Source of the DNA: an uncultured Syntrophomonadaceae bacterium
Lineage (GTDB): Bacteria; Bacillota; Dethiobacteria; DTU022; PWGO01
Direction: 5' to 3'
Length of the DNA: 64,000 nt
Assembly (NCBI GenBank): GCA_964636865.1
Contig: CAZWVJ010000001.1
Location: 54,687-118,686, forward strand
The position numbers and the translations under genes are program-made. The notes beneath the pieces were generated by a model. It was not told where the DNA came from. It saw only the letters and a program-made list of their open reading frames with translations, and ran no database searches. Every line of letters starts with the position of its first letter. Within the stretch, counting starts at the first letter, position 1. Positions 1 through 12,958 of the stretch are shown here, one piece after another.

Positions 1-116
1 TTTTACCTCCCATGAAATATTATAATAACTCTAGTCTTTCTTAAATAAAAACCCCATAAAAATTTTTTCTAATTCTTTATATTAAGTTTATATTAAAATT
101 TTTCCAGTCTAATTAG

Positions 117-566
117 CTATTCTTCCTCACTTTCTACCACAACTTTTACTTCGGTATAAATTTGGGGTCTTAGTTTTAAATTTACCGTACATTCCCCGAG
201 TTGCTTAATGGGATTATCTATTTCCACCTTACGTTTATCGAGGCTATATCCTTTTTCTTCCAGGGCAGAAGCAATATCTCCGGCTGTTACTGAACCAAAT
301 AATTTTCCTTCTGAGCTTGCAGAACGGTAAAACTTTAATTCTATGCCATTTAATTCTTCTGCAGCTTGCCGGGCCTGCTCTTCTTCTTTTTCTTCTTTTT
401 TTCTTTGAATTGCAATTTGCTTCTCTGCTTCTTTAATTTTTGCATCTGTAGCCTCTACAGCCAACTTGCGGGGAAAAAGATAGTTTCGGGCATATCCATC
501 GGCAACTGTTTTTATTTCTCCCCTCCTACCAAGCCTTTCTAAATCCTGAAGCAATATAACCTTCAT
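117..566 (-). CDS. rplI: 50S ribosomal protein L9
   Basis: 149 aa; L9 N- and C-domain sequence pattern; sits downstream of rpsR as in Firmicutes. Confidence 0.9.
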   Translation of the reverse strand: MKVILLQDLERLGRRGEIKTVADGYARNYLFPRKLAVEATDAKIKEAEKQIAIQRKKEEKEEEQARQAAEELNGIELKFYRSASSEGKLFGSVTAGDIASALEEKGYSLDKRKVEIDNPIKQLGECTVNLKLRPQIYTEVKVVVESEEE

Positions 567-684
567 ATTTTAAGTCCCCCTCAACCATTTATTAATCACC
601 TACATTATACTTGATTATTTCCAATTAAAGAATAATAAACTCCAAATGACACATATTTTTCATTGGACTGTAAAATATGTGTCC

Positions 685-716
685 ATAAAATAAGGTGCCA
701 AAAATACTCGGCACCG
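685..716 (-). terminator. rho-independent terminator after rpsR
   Basis: GGTGCC-10 nt-GGCACC hairpin followed, on the minus strand, by TTATTTTAT. Confidence 0.6.
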
Positions 717-742
717 CAGCATTTTAACTTGTAGCCCTCTTT

Positions 743-979
743 TTATGCATTATCTGAAGTAAAAGGCAATAATGCAAGGATTCTTGCCCGTTTAATCGCT
801 ATGGTAAGTTCTCTTTGATGACGCGAACAATTGCCGGAAATCCTGCGGGGCAGAATTTTTCCTCTTTCGGTTATATATTTCTTGAGTTTTTCATATTGTT
901 TATAATCAATAGTATCTACTTTTTCCTGGCAAAATGCGCAAACTTTTTTCTTAGGTTTTCTAGCTCTATCTCTTTTCAA
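743..979 (-). CDS. rpsR: 30S ribosomal protein S18
   Basis: 78 aa basic protein with the conserved S18 core ([24 protein letters not shown]). Confidence 0.9.
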   Translation of the reverse strand: MKRDRARKPKKKVCAFCQEKVDTIDYKQYEKLKKYITERGKILPRRISGNCSRHQRELTIAIKRARILALLPFTSDNA

Positions 980-1166
980 TGCATGACCCTCCTAATCTTA
1001 CTCTTTAAAAGATTTTTTAATAACTTCAAAAAGTTAGGAAATATTGCTCATGATTAAATAAGTACTCTTTCCCAACTCACAAAATCTTGCATTATTCACG
1101 GTGTTTACAATCTTTATGATAAATAACATTTAACCCGAGCCGATTATGCTCTTTTACGTCGTTCCC

Positions 1167-1457
1167 TTATTGATCGGCTCTTACAACTAAGGACCTTAAT
1201 ATTTCAGTATTCATCTTAAAAACATGGTCAAGCTCACTAAGGACCTGAGAATCGCCGGCAAAATTAATTAGATAATAATCTCCTTCTTTGTGGGTTTTAT
1301 TGATAGTGTAAGCTAATTTTTTCTTGCCCCAATTTTCTTGCTGGGAAATTTCTCCACCGTTTTTTTGGATTACATCTTTAATTTTCTCCAGCAAGTTCTC
1401 TTTTGTCTCTTCATCCAGGTCGCTTTGGAGAATAAATACAGTTTCATATGGCCTCAT
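1167..1457 (-). CDS. rpsF: 30S ribosomal protein S6
   Basis: 96 aa; S6-like sequence (MRPYETVFIL...); only 186 bp separates it from rpsR, so there is no ssb gene between them. Confidence 0.85.
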   Translation of the reverse strand: MRPYETVFILQSDLDEETKENLLEKIKDVIQKNGGEISQQENWGKKKLAYTINKTHKEGDYYLINFAGDSQVLSELDHVFKMNTEILRSLVVRADQ

Positions 1458-1797
1458 TTTATTTCACCTCCCTTCGGACTAAACGGCCCTAATTAATAGG
1501 GCAGGGACATAAGGAAATATATCACATTTACTCGGGGTAATCAATAATTAAAAAAATAAATTTATTATTGCTCTTACTAAATACAACTCATTATAATTGA
1601 CTGATTGCTTTTAAGCTTATTTTATTTTTTTTACAAAATTAAAAAAGATAATCTTATTCCAAAAAAAGCGATAAACGATAAATTATTTAAAAAAGATATT
1701 ACTATTTATATTTTTTTAACGTTGCAGCTATTTTTTTTATCTGTTAATATAAAATTCACATGTTTAGGAAAAGGTGCAAAAGCTTATACACAGGGGT

Positions 1798-1827
1798 TGT
1801 GGATAATTGCCCCTCTTTTGTGGATAA
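1798..1827. promoter_or_regulatory. oriC upstream DnaA-box pair: two perfect TGTGGATAA boxes (1798-1806 and 1819-1827), with an AT-rich tract on the rpsF side at 1560-1740
   Basis: Exact 9-mers read in the sequence, 12 bp apart, same orientation, 53 bp upstream of the dnaA start. Confidence 0.85.
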
Positions 1828-1879
1828 CTTTTGCATTGTTAAATATTCATAATATTACAACAGTTTGGGGGAATATGTA

Positions 1880-3286
1880 ATGGCTACAGAAGTTAATGGT
1901 TTAAATGCCATGTGGGAAAAGGTGCTGGAGGAAGCCGAAAAACATTTAACCAAACCAAGCTTCGAAACATGGTTAAAATCCACAAAACCACTCTCTATTA
2001 ATGATGGGATGCTTATTATTGAAGTGCCCAACGATTTTACCCGTGATCGCCTCGAAAATTCCCACAAGGAGATATTACTGGAAGCAGTAAAAAAGGTGGC
2101 AAATCATGAATATTCCATTTATTTTCAATGTGAGCCTACTATTAAAGAGAATTACTACAATACTTTTTTTGATGATATTCAACATGAGGATGCCAGGTCC
2201 GTTTCTGCAGTGCCTCAAAAGCATAGTTCTGATAACTCCCCCACGACTGTACCTTGTCAAACTGCCCCCTGGTTAAACCCCAAATATACCTTCGAAACAT
2301 TTGTAGTTGGAAATTGTAATCGCCTGGCTCATGCGGCTTCTTTTGCTGTGGCCGAAGCTCCCTCCCAAGCCTACAACCCACTTTTTGTGTATGGTGGTGT
2401 TGGCTTGGGAAAAACTCACCTGATGCATGCAATCGGTCATTTTGTAATTACAAATTATCCTAGTTATAATGTATGTTATCTTTCTTCGGAAAAATTTATG
2501 AACGAATTCATTAATGCTATCAGGGATAATAAAACCGTAGAATTCCGCAACAAATATCGTAATATTGATGTTTTACTCATCGATGATATTCAATTTTTAG
2601 CCGGAAAAGAACAAACCCAAGAAGAATTTTTTCATACCTTTAATGCTTTACATGAAAGCAATAAGCAAATTATTATTTCCAGTGATCGAGCTCCGAAAGA
2701 AATACCTACATTGGAAGATAGACTGCGTTCGCGTTTTGAGTGGGGCTTAATAACAGATATTACAAAACCTGACCTGGAAACACGAATTGCTATCCTCAAG
2801 AAAAAGGCTCATAATGAAAACATTTATATTCCCAGCGAGGTTATCAATTATATTGCCGATAAAATTGAAACAAATATTCGCGAACTAGAGGGTGCTTTAA
2901 TAAGGGTAATGGCCCATTCCTCACTAAACAATACCCCTGTCGATTTAAATATTGCTGATGAAGCATTAAAAAATGTAATTATAGATAAAAATACTGAAAT
3001 TAGCGTCGATAAAATTATTCAAGTTACTGCTAACTACTTTGCCATTAGCCCGGAAGATATAAAGGCAAAAAGAAGAAGTAATAGTATTGCTTTTCCCCGG
3101 CAGGTAGCAATGTTTCTGGCTCGGGAATTAACTGACCTTTCATTGCCCAAGTTGGGCAATGAATTCGGGGGCAAAGATCATACCACCATAATACATGCCT
3201 GTAACAAAATAAAAAAACAATTTGTGGAAAATAGAGAACTAAAAGATATGATAGAAAAATTGAAACATGAAATTACTCATTATTAA
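1880..3286 (+). CDS. dnaA: chromosomal replication initiator DnaA
   Basis: Walker [13 protein letters not shown]+ box, C-terminal DNA-binding helix-turn-helix. ATG at 1880 follows a GGGGG RBS. The six-frame track starts the ORF at TTG 1865. Confidence 0.93.
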   Translation: MATEVNGLNAMWEKVLEEAEKHLTKPSFETWLKSTKPLSINDGMLIIEVPNDFTRDRLENSHKEILLEAVKKVANHEYSIYFQCEPTIKENYYNTFFDDIQHEDARSVSAVPQKHSSDNSPTTVPCQTAPWLNPKYTFETFVVGNCNRLAHAASFAVAEAPSQAYNPLFVYGGVGLGKTHLMHAIGHFVITNYPSYNVCYLSSEKFMNEFINAIRDNKTVEFRNKYRNIDVLLIDDIQFLAGKEQTQEEFFHTFNALHESNKQIIISSDRAPKEIPTLEDRLRSRFEWGLITDITKPDLETRIAILKKKAHNENIYIPSEVINYIADKIETNIRELEGALIRVMAHSSLNNTPVDLNIADEALKNVIIDKNTEISVDKIIQVTANYFAISPEDIKAKRRSNSIAFPRQVAMFLARELTDLSLPKLGNEFGGKDHTTIIHACNKIKKQFVENRELKDMIEKLKHEITHY

Positions 3287-3365
3287 CAATTTGCTGTGTA
3301 TTGCTTGTGGAGAAAACAACTTTATGGTGTTAATACCCTATAATTCTTAATTACTTAAATGGTTT

Positions 3366-3435
3366 TGTGGATAAATAATTAAACTTATAAACACCTTCAT
3401 TGCTGTTTTATTAGTTCTTTTTCTTTTTATCCACA
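3366..3435. promoter_or_regulatory. oriC downstream (dnaA-dnaN) DnaA-box cluster: TGTGGATAA at 3366-3374, TTATCCACA at 3427-3435, weaker TGTGGAGAA at 3305-3313, then an AT-rich unwinding-type tract
   Basis: Exact consensus boxes in opposite orientations within the 220-bp dnaA-dnaN spacer, the usual Firmicutes bipartite oriC arrangement. Confidence 0.85.
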
Positions 3436-3506
3436 AGTTAAACAGGCCCTACTATTATTACTATTTATATAAACAACTAAAAGTAAAAAGAAAGGATGAA
3501 AAGATT

Positions 3507-4646
3507 ATGCTTATTATTAAAGATAAAGAAACTATATCCAAACATTTAGATATAGTAGAAAAGGCTTTACCGGGAAAAACAACTTTACCGATTTTAAATA
3601 ATATTTTTGTGGAGAAAAATAATGATGATCTGACTTTTCTCTCTACTAATTTAGAAATAGGGGTAAGAAGTTCTCTGAAATTAGAAAGTGATGAGTTATC
3701 AGAAGAAGAATCTTCCATAGAACAAGTTTTAATTCCGGCAAAAATAATTCCTATAATTAAACATCTTCCCTCTAATAAAAAAGTAGAAATTAACATTGAT
3801 AAAGATAGCTACAGTGTGGGAATCAAAGGCGGTGAATCTCAATTTCAATTGAAAGGTATTAATGCGGAGGAATATCCAGTATTTAAAGAAGAAGAGCCTC
3901 AAAAAAAACCGTTAATTTTGAAAGAAAGAGATTTAAAGGAAACGATTAGGCGTACAGTTTTTGCAACTTCTTCAGATGAGGGAAGGCCGGCCTTCACAGG
4001 TGTTTTGGTATTGATGGAAAATAATAAATTGAGTTTTATAGCTTCGGATACTTACAGATTGGTGATGCAAAATATAGAAATTGAAAAATGGGAATACGAA
4101 GAGGAAAAGTTTTTAATACCGGCCAGGTCCCTCCGGGATTTAATGAAACTTTTAAGGGATAGTGAAGAGGAAGTATATATATACCCTATTGAAAAACAAC
4201 TGGTGTTTTCTTTTAATCACATTTTTTTCTATACCAGACTTCTAGAGGATAATTTTCCGGATTTTAGAAAAATTATTCCCACGAGTCATTTATCTAGAAT
4301 TATTGTTGATAAGGAAAATTTTGAAGAAATTATAAGTCGTGCTTCTCTTTTATCTGACAATATAAGCAAAGTAGTTAAGTTACAATTAAAAGAAAATGTA
4401 TTATATGTAAGTGCTACTTCAGAAATTGGTAAAATGGAAGAAAATATTACATTAGAAGCAAAAGAAGGCGACGATATAGATATCTTATTGAATGTAAGGT
4501 TTTTAATGGATGTTTTAAAGGTAGTAGAAACACAAAATATTGAAATAAAATTTAATGGGAGGGAGGCACCTACAATTTTACGTCCCGAAAAAGAGGAAGA
4601 GTTTCTTTATCTGGTATTACCGATAAAAGTAGAACAACCTTTATAG
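3507..4646 (+). CDS. dnaN: DNA polymerase III beta sliding clamp
   Basis: 379 aa; three-domain beta-clamp pattern; position after dnaA. Confidence 0.9.
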   Translation: MLIIKDKETISKHLDIVEKALPGKTTLPILNNIFVEKNNDDLTFLSTNLEIGVRSSLKLESDELSEEESSIEQVLIPAKIIPIIKHLPSNKKVEINIDKDSYSVGIKGGESQFQLKGINAEEYPVFKEEEPQKKPLILKERDLKETIRRTVFATSSDEGRPAFTGVLVLMENNKLSFIASDTYRLVMQNIEIEKWEYEEEKFLIPARSLRDLMKLLRDSEEEVYIYPIEKQLVFSFNHIFFYTRLLEDNFPDFRKIIPTSHLSRIIVDKENFEEIISRASLLSDNISKVVKLQLKENVLYVSATSEIGKMEENITLEAKEGDDIDILLNVRFLMDVLKVVETQNIEIKFNGREAPTILRPEKEEEFLYLVLPIKVEQPL

Positions 4647-4664
4647 TTTTATGGGAGGATAAGC

Positions 4665-5774
4665 TTGCAATTAGAAAAAATAAAGATAAATAACTTTCGT
4701 AACTATGTAGATAATATCTTTGAACCGGGGCCTAAAATAAACATTGTTTATGGAGAAAATGCTCAGGGAAAAACAAATTTACTGGAATCAATTTACTATC
4801 TTTTATCTTCAATTTCACATCGTACCAGAAAAGATGGAGAGTTAATCAACTGGGAAAGTAAATATTTTAAGATTAATGGAATAGTTTTTTTTAAGGAAAA
4901 GAAAAAAAAGAAACTGGAGATATTTTATGAAAACGGAAAGAATAAAACCCTAAAAGTTAATGATAATTCGGTAAGTATAGATAAATATTTTTCCCAATTT
5001 CCAAGTGTAATATCGTATCCTCAAGATTTGAATTTGATTAAAGGAGGGCCGGCACTGCGCCGGCGTTTTTTAAATACAGAAATAACAAGAATTAACCCGG
5101 TTTATTATCAATATTTACTTGATTATTATCGAGCTTTGAGGCAGCGAAATAATATTCTGAAGAACTCTGTTAAGAAGAAAGATGAGCTTTTATCATGGGA
5201 AAATATACTGGCTCAATATGGTAGTAAAATAATAATTAATAGAATTTATTTTTTACAAGAATTAAATAAATATGCGCCTTCTTATCAAACTTCTTTTACT
5301 TCGGGAAAAGAAAATCTTGAGTTATCTTACAGGACCCAATTAAAGTTAAAAAAAGAAAATAGTTATTTGGAAAAAGAAATTAAAGAACAGATATTAGATT
5401 TAGTTTCTACAAAAAGGGAGGAAGAATTTAATAAGGGGCATACAATGGTAGGGCCGCATTTAGATGATATGGTTATTTTGTTGAATGGCAAAGAATTAAA
5501 AAAGTATTCATCTCAAGGCCAGCAGAGAACTACTATTATTTCTCTTAAGTTGGCTCAGGCAGACATTTTGATGGAGAAAAAAAGGGAAACACCTATATTA
5601 TTAATGGATGATAGTTTTTCTGAATTAGATGATTTTAGGGGCAACCTTATATTAGAGTTTATCGGAGAAAAAAAATTTCAATGTTTTATAACCACCTATC
5701 AATCATTGAAATTACCATCAAGCTATACGGGAGTTTTTTTTCGTGTAGCAGGAGGAATGATTGAAAATGGATAA
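4665..5774 (+). CDS. recF: DNA replication and repair protein RecF
   Basis: N-terminal NFRNY and Walker A GENAQGKTNLLE; SMC-like ABC signature; TTG start after a GGGAGG RBS. Confidence 0.9.
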   Translation: MQLEKIKINNFRNYVDNIFEPGPKINIVYGENAQGKTNLLESIYYLLSSISHRTRKDGELINWESKYFKINGIVFFKEKKKKKLEIFYENGKNKTLKVNDNSVSIDKYFSQFPSVISYPQDLNLIKGGPALRRRFLNTEITRINPVYYQYLLDYYRALRQRNNILKNSVKKKDELLSWENILAQYGSKIIINRIYFLQELNKYAPSYQTSFTSGKENLELSYRTQLKLKKENSYLEKEIKEQILDLVSTKREEEFNKGHTMVGPHLDDMVILLNGKELKKYSSQGQQRTTIISLKLAQADILMEKKRETPILLMDDSFSELDDFRGNLILEFIGEKKFQCFITTYQSLKLPSSYTGVFFRVAGGMIENG

Positions 5775-6228
5775 TTTAGGGGAAGTTTTAAAAAAAGTTT
5801 TAGAAGAAAAAGGGATATGGACTGCCGTTAAACAGCAGGAAGTTATAGAAATGTGGGATAAAATAGTTGGTGAAAGAATTGCTGCGCATACGGAAGCTAT
5901 GAAAGTAGAAAAAGGCATTTTATGGGTTAAAGTGAAAGATTCTGCATGGATTCATCACTTGTCAATGCTGAAATCCCAATTAATAAAGAAAATAAACCAG
6001 AGCTCTCAAAAGAAGGTGGTTAATGATATTTATTTTTTTTGGGGTGAACTGTCAAAGGATAAAAAAGGTAATAACGCCCCAACGGAAGTAGAAAGTAATG
6101 AAAACATTAATTATAAACCTGCATGGGAGTATTCCCAAAAAGAAGTAGAAAATTTGGTAAATGCATTACCGGAAAGTAACCCCAAGTTGAAAGAAAAAAT
6201 AGCAAAAATACTCTCCAAAGATTATTAA
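5761..6228 (+). CDS. DUF721 (DciA-like) domain protein
   Basis: 155 aa; overlaps the recF end by 14 nt; conserved recF-gyrB neighbourhood protein, family recalled from memory. Confidence 0.55.
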   Translation: MKMDNLGEVLKKVLEEKGIWTAVKQQEVIEMWDKIVGERIAAHTEAMKVEKGILWVKVKDSAWIHHLSMLKSQLIKKINQSSQKKVVNDIYFFWGELSKDKKGNNAPTEVESNENINYKPAWEYSQKEVENLVNALPESNPKLKEKIAKILSKDY

Positions 6229-6444
6229 AAGTAATTTTTACTTAAGTGGGTAATGATGTTAAGGAACCTTTGATTTGCCTTCAAAAATTCGAAAGTTATC
6301 TGTCGGAGAAAACCTAAAACTCTTTTAGGGGGTTGTTACAATATATTGTAGTATATTGTAGTTATGATAGGAAAAAATATGATATACTTAAGTCATGTTA
6401 CTATCAATAAATGATTTAAATCTGCGTAAAGGAGCGATTTAAGA

Positions 6445-6675
6445 ATGTATTTACACATAGGAGAAGCAAGGATAGTTTTTTTGGAAGATATAATCGGAAT
6501 ATTTAATTTAAATATTAAAAATAAAGAAGAGAATACACAATTTTTTGCCCTTTCCCGGGAAGGTAATGAAAAAGAAGAGAATTCAAGGGAAAATAAATCG
6601 TTTATAGTAACCAAAGATAACGTTTATTATTCACCAATATCGTCACAAACTCTTGCCAAAAGAAAAGAAAAATAA
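6445..6675 (+). CDS. DUF370 / RemB-like small protein
   Basis: 76 aa beginning MYLHIGEARIVFLEDIIGIF and ending ...SPISSQTLAKR, the pattern of YaaB/RemB-family proteins found between recF and gyrB. Chosen over the antisense ORF 6393..6614. Confidence 0.5.
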   Translation: MYLHIGEARIVFLEDIIGIFNLNIKNKEENTQFFALSREGNEKEENSRENKSFIVTKDNVYYSPISSQTLAKRKEK

Positions 6676-6725
6676 TCGAGAAATTAGATACTACAGTATG
6701 GCAAATGCATGGCGGTAGTTATTGA

Positions 6726-8678
<1,953 letters not shown>

Positions 8679-8738
8679 GTTTAAAGAGACGAAGCCCTTG
8701 TGATTATTATGGAAAAGCTTTATTGGTAAGGAGGAAAA

Positions 8739-11159
8739 ATGAGCGAAGAACATAGAGATAATATTACACCTGTGAATATTCATGATGAGGTAAAAAGATC
8801 TTTTATGGATTACGCCATGAGCGTAATAGTAAGCAGGGCTCTACCTGATGTAAAGGATGGCCTGAAACCGGTACATCGGCGCATCCTTTATGCAATGAGT
8901 GATATGGGTTTAACTCCGGACAAGCCTCATCGCAAGTCTGCTCGCATTGTAGGGGAGGTTTTGGGTAAATACCACCCCCACGGCGATCTGTCAGTGTATG
9001 ATGCTTTGGTGAGATTAGCTCAGGACTTTTCGAGCCGTTATCCCCTGGTAGACGGTCATGGGAATTTTGGGTCCCTGGATGGCGACTCAGCTGCAGCTAT
9101 GCGCTATACTGAGGCTCGTATGGCTCCTATAGCTGTGGAAATGCTTACAAATATAAAAAAAGATACGGTAGATTTTAGGCCTAATTTTGATGAAAGCCTG
9201 CAAGAACCGGTAGTGTTGCCTTCCCGTTTTCCTAATCTTTTGGTCAATGGTTCTTCCGGCATTGCGGTGGGCATGGCTACAAATATCCCCCCTCATAATC
9301 TGGGAGAAGTTATAGATTCAATTTGTTATTACATCGATTACCCTGATGCTCATATCTACGAACTCATGTACCACATAAAAGGTCCCGATTTTCCTACCGG
9401 TGCAAACATTGTTGGCAAAGAAGGCATTTCTTCCGCTTACCTGCAAGGGCGCGGCATAATAAAGATACAGGGGAAAGTTCTAATTGAAAGTAATGCCAAG
9501 GGCAAAGATATGATTGTAATTCAAGAAGTGCCTTACATGCAGAATAAAGCCAAACTGGTAGAAAAGATTGCGGAATTGATCAGAGACAAAAAGATTGAAG
9601 GGATAAGTGATTTAAGAGACGAGTCTAATAGATTTGGAGTAAGGGTTGTTTTAGAAGTACGCTCTGGCTTTAATCCCAATATTATTATAAACCAGTTAAA
9701 CAAATTTACACCGTTGGAGCAGAGTTTCGGCATTATATTGTTGGCCCTCGTAAATGGTGAACCGCGCATATTAAATCTTAAAGAAATCATATATTATTAT
9801 GTTGAGCATCAAAAAGATATTATTGTGCGGCGCACCAAGTTTGACCTGAGAAAGGCGGAGGAAAGACTTCACGTTGTTGAAGGCTTAATAACAGCACTTT
9901 CTCACCTGGATGAGGTTATAAGCATAATTCGCGGTTCACAAGATGTAGCCGGCGCCCGGAAAAGTTTAATGGAAACATTTAAGTTAACCGAGGTTCAGGC
10001 TCAAGCTATTTTGGATATGCGTTTGCAAAAGTTAACAGCTTTGGAAAGAGAGAAACTTGATGAAGAATATAAAAGCTTAAAAGAGGATATTGCTTATTAT
10101 CAGCGGTTACTTGCAGATGAAAAATTAATTTTAGAAGTAATTAAAACAGAATTAAAAGAAATAAAAGATAAACACGCTGATGAAAGGCGAACCCAAATAG
10201 TAGAAGAAGCAGAAGAGATTAATGAAGTTGATTTAATAAAAGAAGAAGAAGTAGTTGTAACTCTTACTCAAAGGGGTTATGTAAAGAGAATGCCCCTGGA
10301 TAATTATAGAAGCCAGAGGAGAGGCGGCAAAGGAATTATTGGGGCAAAAATGCAAGAAAACGATTATGTAAAAGAAATGCATATTTGTTCAACACACAGT
10401 AATTTGCTTTGCTTCACTAATAAAGGAAGGGTTTACCAGGTAAAAACATATGAAATCCCCGAAGCAAGGCGGCAATCCAGGGGGACAGCCATGGTAAATT
10501 TACTTCCCTTTCAAACAGGAGAGTATATAACTACGATAATGCCTATTCAAGATTTTCAAGAAGAAAAATATTTGCTTATGGTAACTGCTCGCGGTTCTAT
10601 AAAAAAGACCCCATTGAAAGCGTTTAATAATGCTCGCAAGTCTGGGATAATTGCCATTACTTTGAGGGAAAATGATGAACTTGTTAATGTTTTGCTTACG
10701 GATGGCAAGGAAGAAGTTGTTCTCGGTTCGGATACAGGGCATTTTATCCGTTTTAATCAAGAAGAAGTAAGGACAATGGGAAGAACAGCGCGAGGAGTAA
10801 AAGCAATGCAATTAGATATAGGAAATAGTATTATTGGAGCGGATATTATTAATGATGACGAGTATATATTGGTGGTAACGGAAAAAGGTTTTGGAAAAAG
10901 GGTAGCTTTAGATCAATTAAGACCCCAAAAAAGAGGAGGCATAGGCCTTATTGTTTTAAAAACAGACACCAAACGGGGAAAACTTAGTTGTTTTAAATTG
11001 ATTGCAGGGGGAGAAGAATTTATGAGTGGAACCGCAAAAGGGGTTATGCTAAGGCAAAAGGCAAAAGAAGTGCCCATTCAAAAAAGATATTCAAGAGGGG
11101 TTACCTTAATTAAAGTAGGAAAAAACGATCGTGTAAGAATTTTGGCCTGTATTGAATAA
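8739..11159 (+). CDS. gyrA: DNA gyrase subunit A
   Basis: 806 aa; active-site region [10 protein letters not shown], quinolone-resistance region [11 protein letters not shown]-terminal beta-pinwheel repeats. Confidence 0.95.
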   Translation: MSEEHRDNITPVNIHDEVKRSFMDYAMSVIVSRALPDVKDGLKPVHRRILYAMSDMGLTPDKPHRKSARIVGEVLGKYHPHGDLSVYDALVRLAQDFSSRYPLVDGHGNFGSLDGDSAAAMRYTEARMAPIAVEMLTNIKKDTVDFRPNFDESLQEPVVLPSRFPNLLVNGSSGIAVGMATNIPPHNLGEVIDSICYYIDYPDAHIYELMYHIKGPDFPTGANIVGKEGISSAYLQGRGIIKIQGKVLIESNAKGKDMIVIQEVPYMQNKAKLVEKIAELIRDKKIEGISDLRDESNRFGVRVVLEVRSGFNPNIIINQLNKFTPLEQSFGIILLALVNGEPRILNLKEIIYYYVEHQKDIIVRRTKFDLRKAEERLHVVEGLITALSHLDEVISIIRGSQDVAGARKSLMETFKLTEVQAQAILDMRLQKLTALEREKLDEEYKSLKEDIAYYQRLLADEKLILEVIKTELKEIKDKHADERRTQIVEEAEEINEVDLIKEEEVVVTLTQRGYVKRMPLDNYRSQRRGGKGIIGAKMQENDYVKEMHICSTHSNLLCFTNKGRVYQVKTYEIPEARRQSRGTAMVNLLPFQTGEYITTIMPIQDFQEEKYLLMVTARGSIKKTPLKAFNNARKSGIIAITLRENDELVNVLLTDGKEEVVLGSDTGHFIRFNQEEVRTMGRTARGVKAMQLDIGNSIIGADIINDDEYILVVTEKGFGKRVALDQLRPQKRGGIGLIVLKTDTKRGKLSCFKLIAGGEEFMSGTAKGVMLRQKAKEVPIQKRYSRGVTLIKVGKNDRVRILACIE

Positions 11160-11199
11160 TTATTTCAAACAATAGCAATTTTTTTAGGTGGAGGCAGTT

Positions 11200-12696
11200 A
11201 TGAGAAAAATTAAAATTACTGACACTACTTTACGAGATGCGCATCAATCATTAATGGCAACCAGGATGAAAACCGATGAAATGTTTCCCATTTTGGATAA
11301 AATGAATCAGGTGGGCTATTATTCCATGGAGGTTTGGGGGGGAGCCACTTTTGATTCTTGCATGAGATTTTTGGATGAAGATCCATGGGAAAGGCTTGTT
11401 AAAATTAAAGATAGGTTAAAAGACACCAAATTACAGATGCTTTTACGCGGTCAAAACCTGGTGGGATACCGGCACTACCCCGATGATGCGGTGGAAGAAT
11501 TTGTAAAAAAAGCAGTTGCCAATGGAATTGAAATTATAAGAATATTTGATGCCCTTAATGATATTCGAAATATGGAAAAAGCTATTGAAGTTACCAAAAA
11601 CGAAGGGGCACATGCCCAAGGAACTATTAGTTATACAATTAGCCCGGTTCATGACCTGGCTCATTTTGTGGAATTTGCCAGCAGGCTGAAGGAAAAAGGT
11701 GTCGATTCTATTTGCATTAAGGATATGGCGGGATTGATTTCTCCCTGGGATGCTTATGAACTGGTTTCTAATTTGAAAAAAGAAGTAGGCCTTCCGGTCC
11801 AGCTTCATTGCCATTATACTAGTGGGATGGCTTCCATGTCATATTTAAAAGGCATTGAGGCCGGAGCGGATGTTGTTGATACAGCAGCAGCTCCTTTATC
11901 AATGGGGACGAGCCAACCGGCTACAGATAGCATGGTGGCAGCGCTCCAAGGAACACCCTATGATACAGGAATAGAAATAGACAATTTAGCTGAAGTTAGT
12001 AATTACTTTAAGGGCGTAAGGAATAATTATCATATACCGGGGGATATATCCGTGGGAGTGGATACTAATGTACTTAATTATCAGATTCCGGGAGGAATGA
12101 TATCCAACCTAAGGTCTCAACTTGCCGAGCAAAATTCTTCACACCTTATAGAGGAGGTTTTGGAGGAAGTTCCCCGCGTCAGGGCTGAATTGGGATATCC
12201 GCCCTTGGTAACCCCTTCCAGTCAGATAGTTGGAACACAGGCTGTAGTTAATGTGCTTATGGGTGAAAGGTATAAAATGGTTTCAACGGAAGTTAAGAAT
12301 TATTTAAAGGGATTATACGGAACGCCACCGGGAGACATTGATGAAGATTTACGCCAGCAAGTTTTAAAAGGAGAAAAACCTATAACCGGCCGCCCCGCGG
12401 ATGTACTTGAACCTATTTTAAATGAAGCGCGCGCAGAAATAGAAAAATATATGGAAAAGGAAGAAGATATTCTGTCGTATGTGTTGTTTCCCAATGAGGC
12501 TATAAAATTTTTTAAACGCCGCATTGGCGAAGAACCGCCTTTAGAGGTAAAAAACGAAAATAACCAGGGAAAATCGGAACAAAATATGGGAAAAAATGGC
12601 AAAGAGAGTATGAAGGAATCTTTTGAGAATATAAATGTTATTGATGAAAGCTTGATTGGTTCTGCTTGGAATAACGTGATTTATTACCCGGCTTAA
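11200..12696 (+). CDS. carboxyltransferase subunit (oxaloacetate decarboxylase alpha / pyruvate carboxylase B / transcarboxylase 5S family) with no biotinyl domain
   Basis: N-terminal TIM-barrel carboxyltransferase motifs (TDTTLRDAHQS, HCHYTSGMA). The C-terminal about 60 aa are low complexity, with no AMKM biotin-attachment motif. ATG 11200 follows an AGGTGGAGG RBS. Confidence 0.75.
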   Translation: MRKIKITDTTLRDAHQSLMATRMKTDEMFPILDKMNQVGYYSMEVWGGATFDSCMRFLDEDPWERLVKIKDRLKDTKLQMLLRGQNLVGYRHYPDDAVEEFVKKAVANGIEIIRIFDALNDIRNMEKAIEVTKNEGAHAQGTISYTISPVHDLAHFVEFASRLKEKGVDSICIKDMAGLISPWDAYELVSNLKKEVGLPVQLHCHYTSGMASMSYLKGIEAGADVVDTAAAPLSMGTSQPATDSMVAALQGTPYDTGIEIDNLAEVSNYFKGVRNNYHIPGDISVGVDTNVLNYQIPGGMISNLRSQLAEQNSSHLIEEVLEEVPRVRAELGYPPLVTPSSQIVGTQAVVNVLMGERYKMVSTEVKNYLKGLYGTPPGDIDEDLRQQVLKGEKPITGRPADVLEPILNEARAEIEKYMEKEEDILSYVLFPNEAIKFFKRRIGEEPPLEVKNENNQGKSEQNMGKNGKESMKESFENINVIDESLIGSAWNNVIYYPA

Positions 12697-12717
12697 TATG
12701 TGGGCCCGGAAAATTTC

Positions 12718-12746
12718 TTGACACTCTTAACCGTGAATTGTATAAT
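12718..12746 (+). promoter_or_regulatory. sigma-A promoter of the rpmH operon (TTGACA, 17 nt, TATAAT)
   Basis: Perfect -35 at 12718-12723 and -10 at 12741-12746 with a 17-nt spacer, about 70 nt upstream of rpmH. Confidence 0.75.
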
Positions 12747-12816
12747 TTTCGAGGCAATTCAGGAAAATTTATGGAAAAAATGTCATTATAGTTGGCAATG
12801 TAAGGAGATAGTTGAA

Positions 12817-12951
12817 ATGAAAAGAACTTATCAACCCAAAAAAAGAAAAAGAAAAAGAACGCATGGCTTTTTGAAGAGAATGAGAACCAGGTCCGGAAGA
12901 AGAGTAATTCGTAATCGAAGGCAAAAAAATAGAAAAAATTTATCTGCTTAG
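12817..12951 (+). CDS. rpmH: 50S ribosomal protein L34
   Basis: 44 aa [44 protein letters not shown]; AAGGAGA RBS; consensus sigma-A promoter upstream. The six-frame ORF 12700..12951 extends upstream and is not credible. Confidence 0.9.
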   Translation: MKRTYQPKKRKRKRTHGFLKRMRTRSGRRVIRNRRQKNRKNLSA

Positions 12952-12958
12952 AGGTTTA

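Noticed and set aside
815-1057. 80-aa ORF antisense to rpsR
   Set aside because: Fully overlaps the well-supported S18 gene on the other strand; hydrophobic nonsense typical of antisense frames
980-1166. ssb gene expected between rpsF and rpsR
   Set aside because: The spacer is only 186 bp with no ORF, so ssb is truly absent from this locus. This is recorded as part of the synteny finding, not as a feature
1605-1880. 91-aa ORF on the + strand upstream of dnaA
   Set aside because: Low-complexity, AT-driven translation that overlaps the DnaA-box cluster and the AT-rich origin region, so it is origin DNA and not a gene
12700-12816. N-terminal extension of the rpmH ORF (track ORF 12700..12951)
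   Set aside because: The extension covers the consensus promoter and RBS. L34 is a 44-aa protein starting MKRTYQP at 12817
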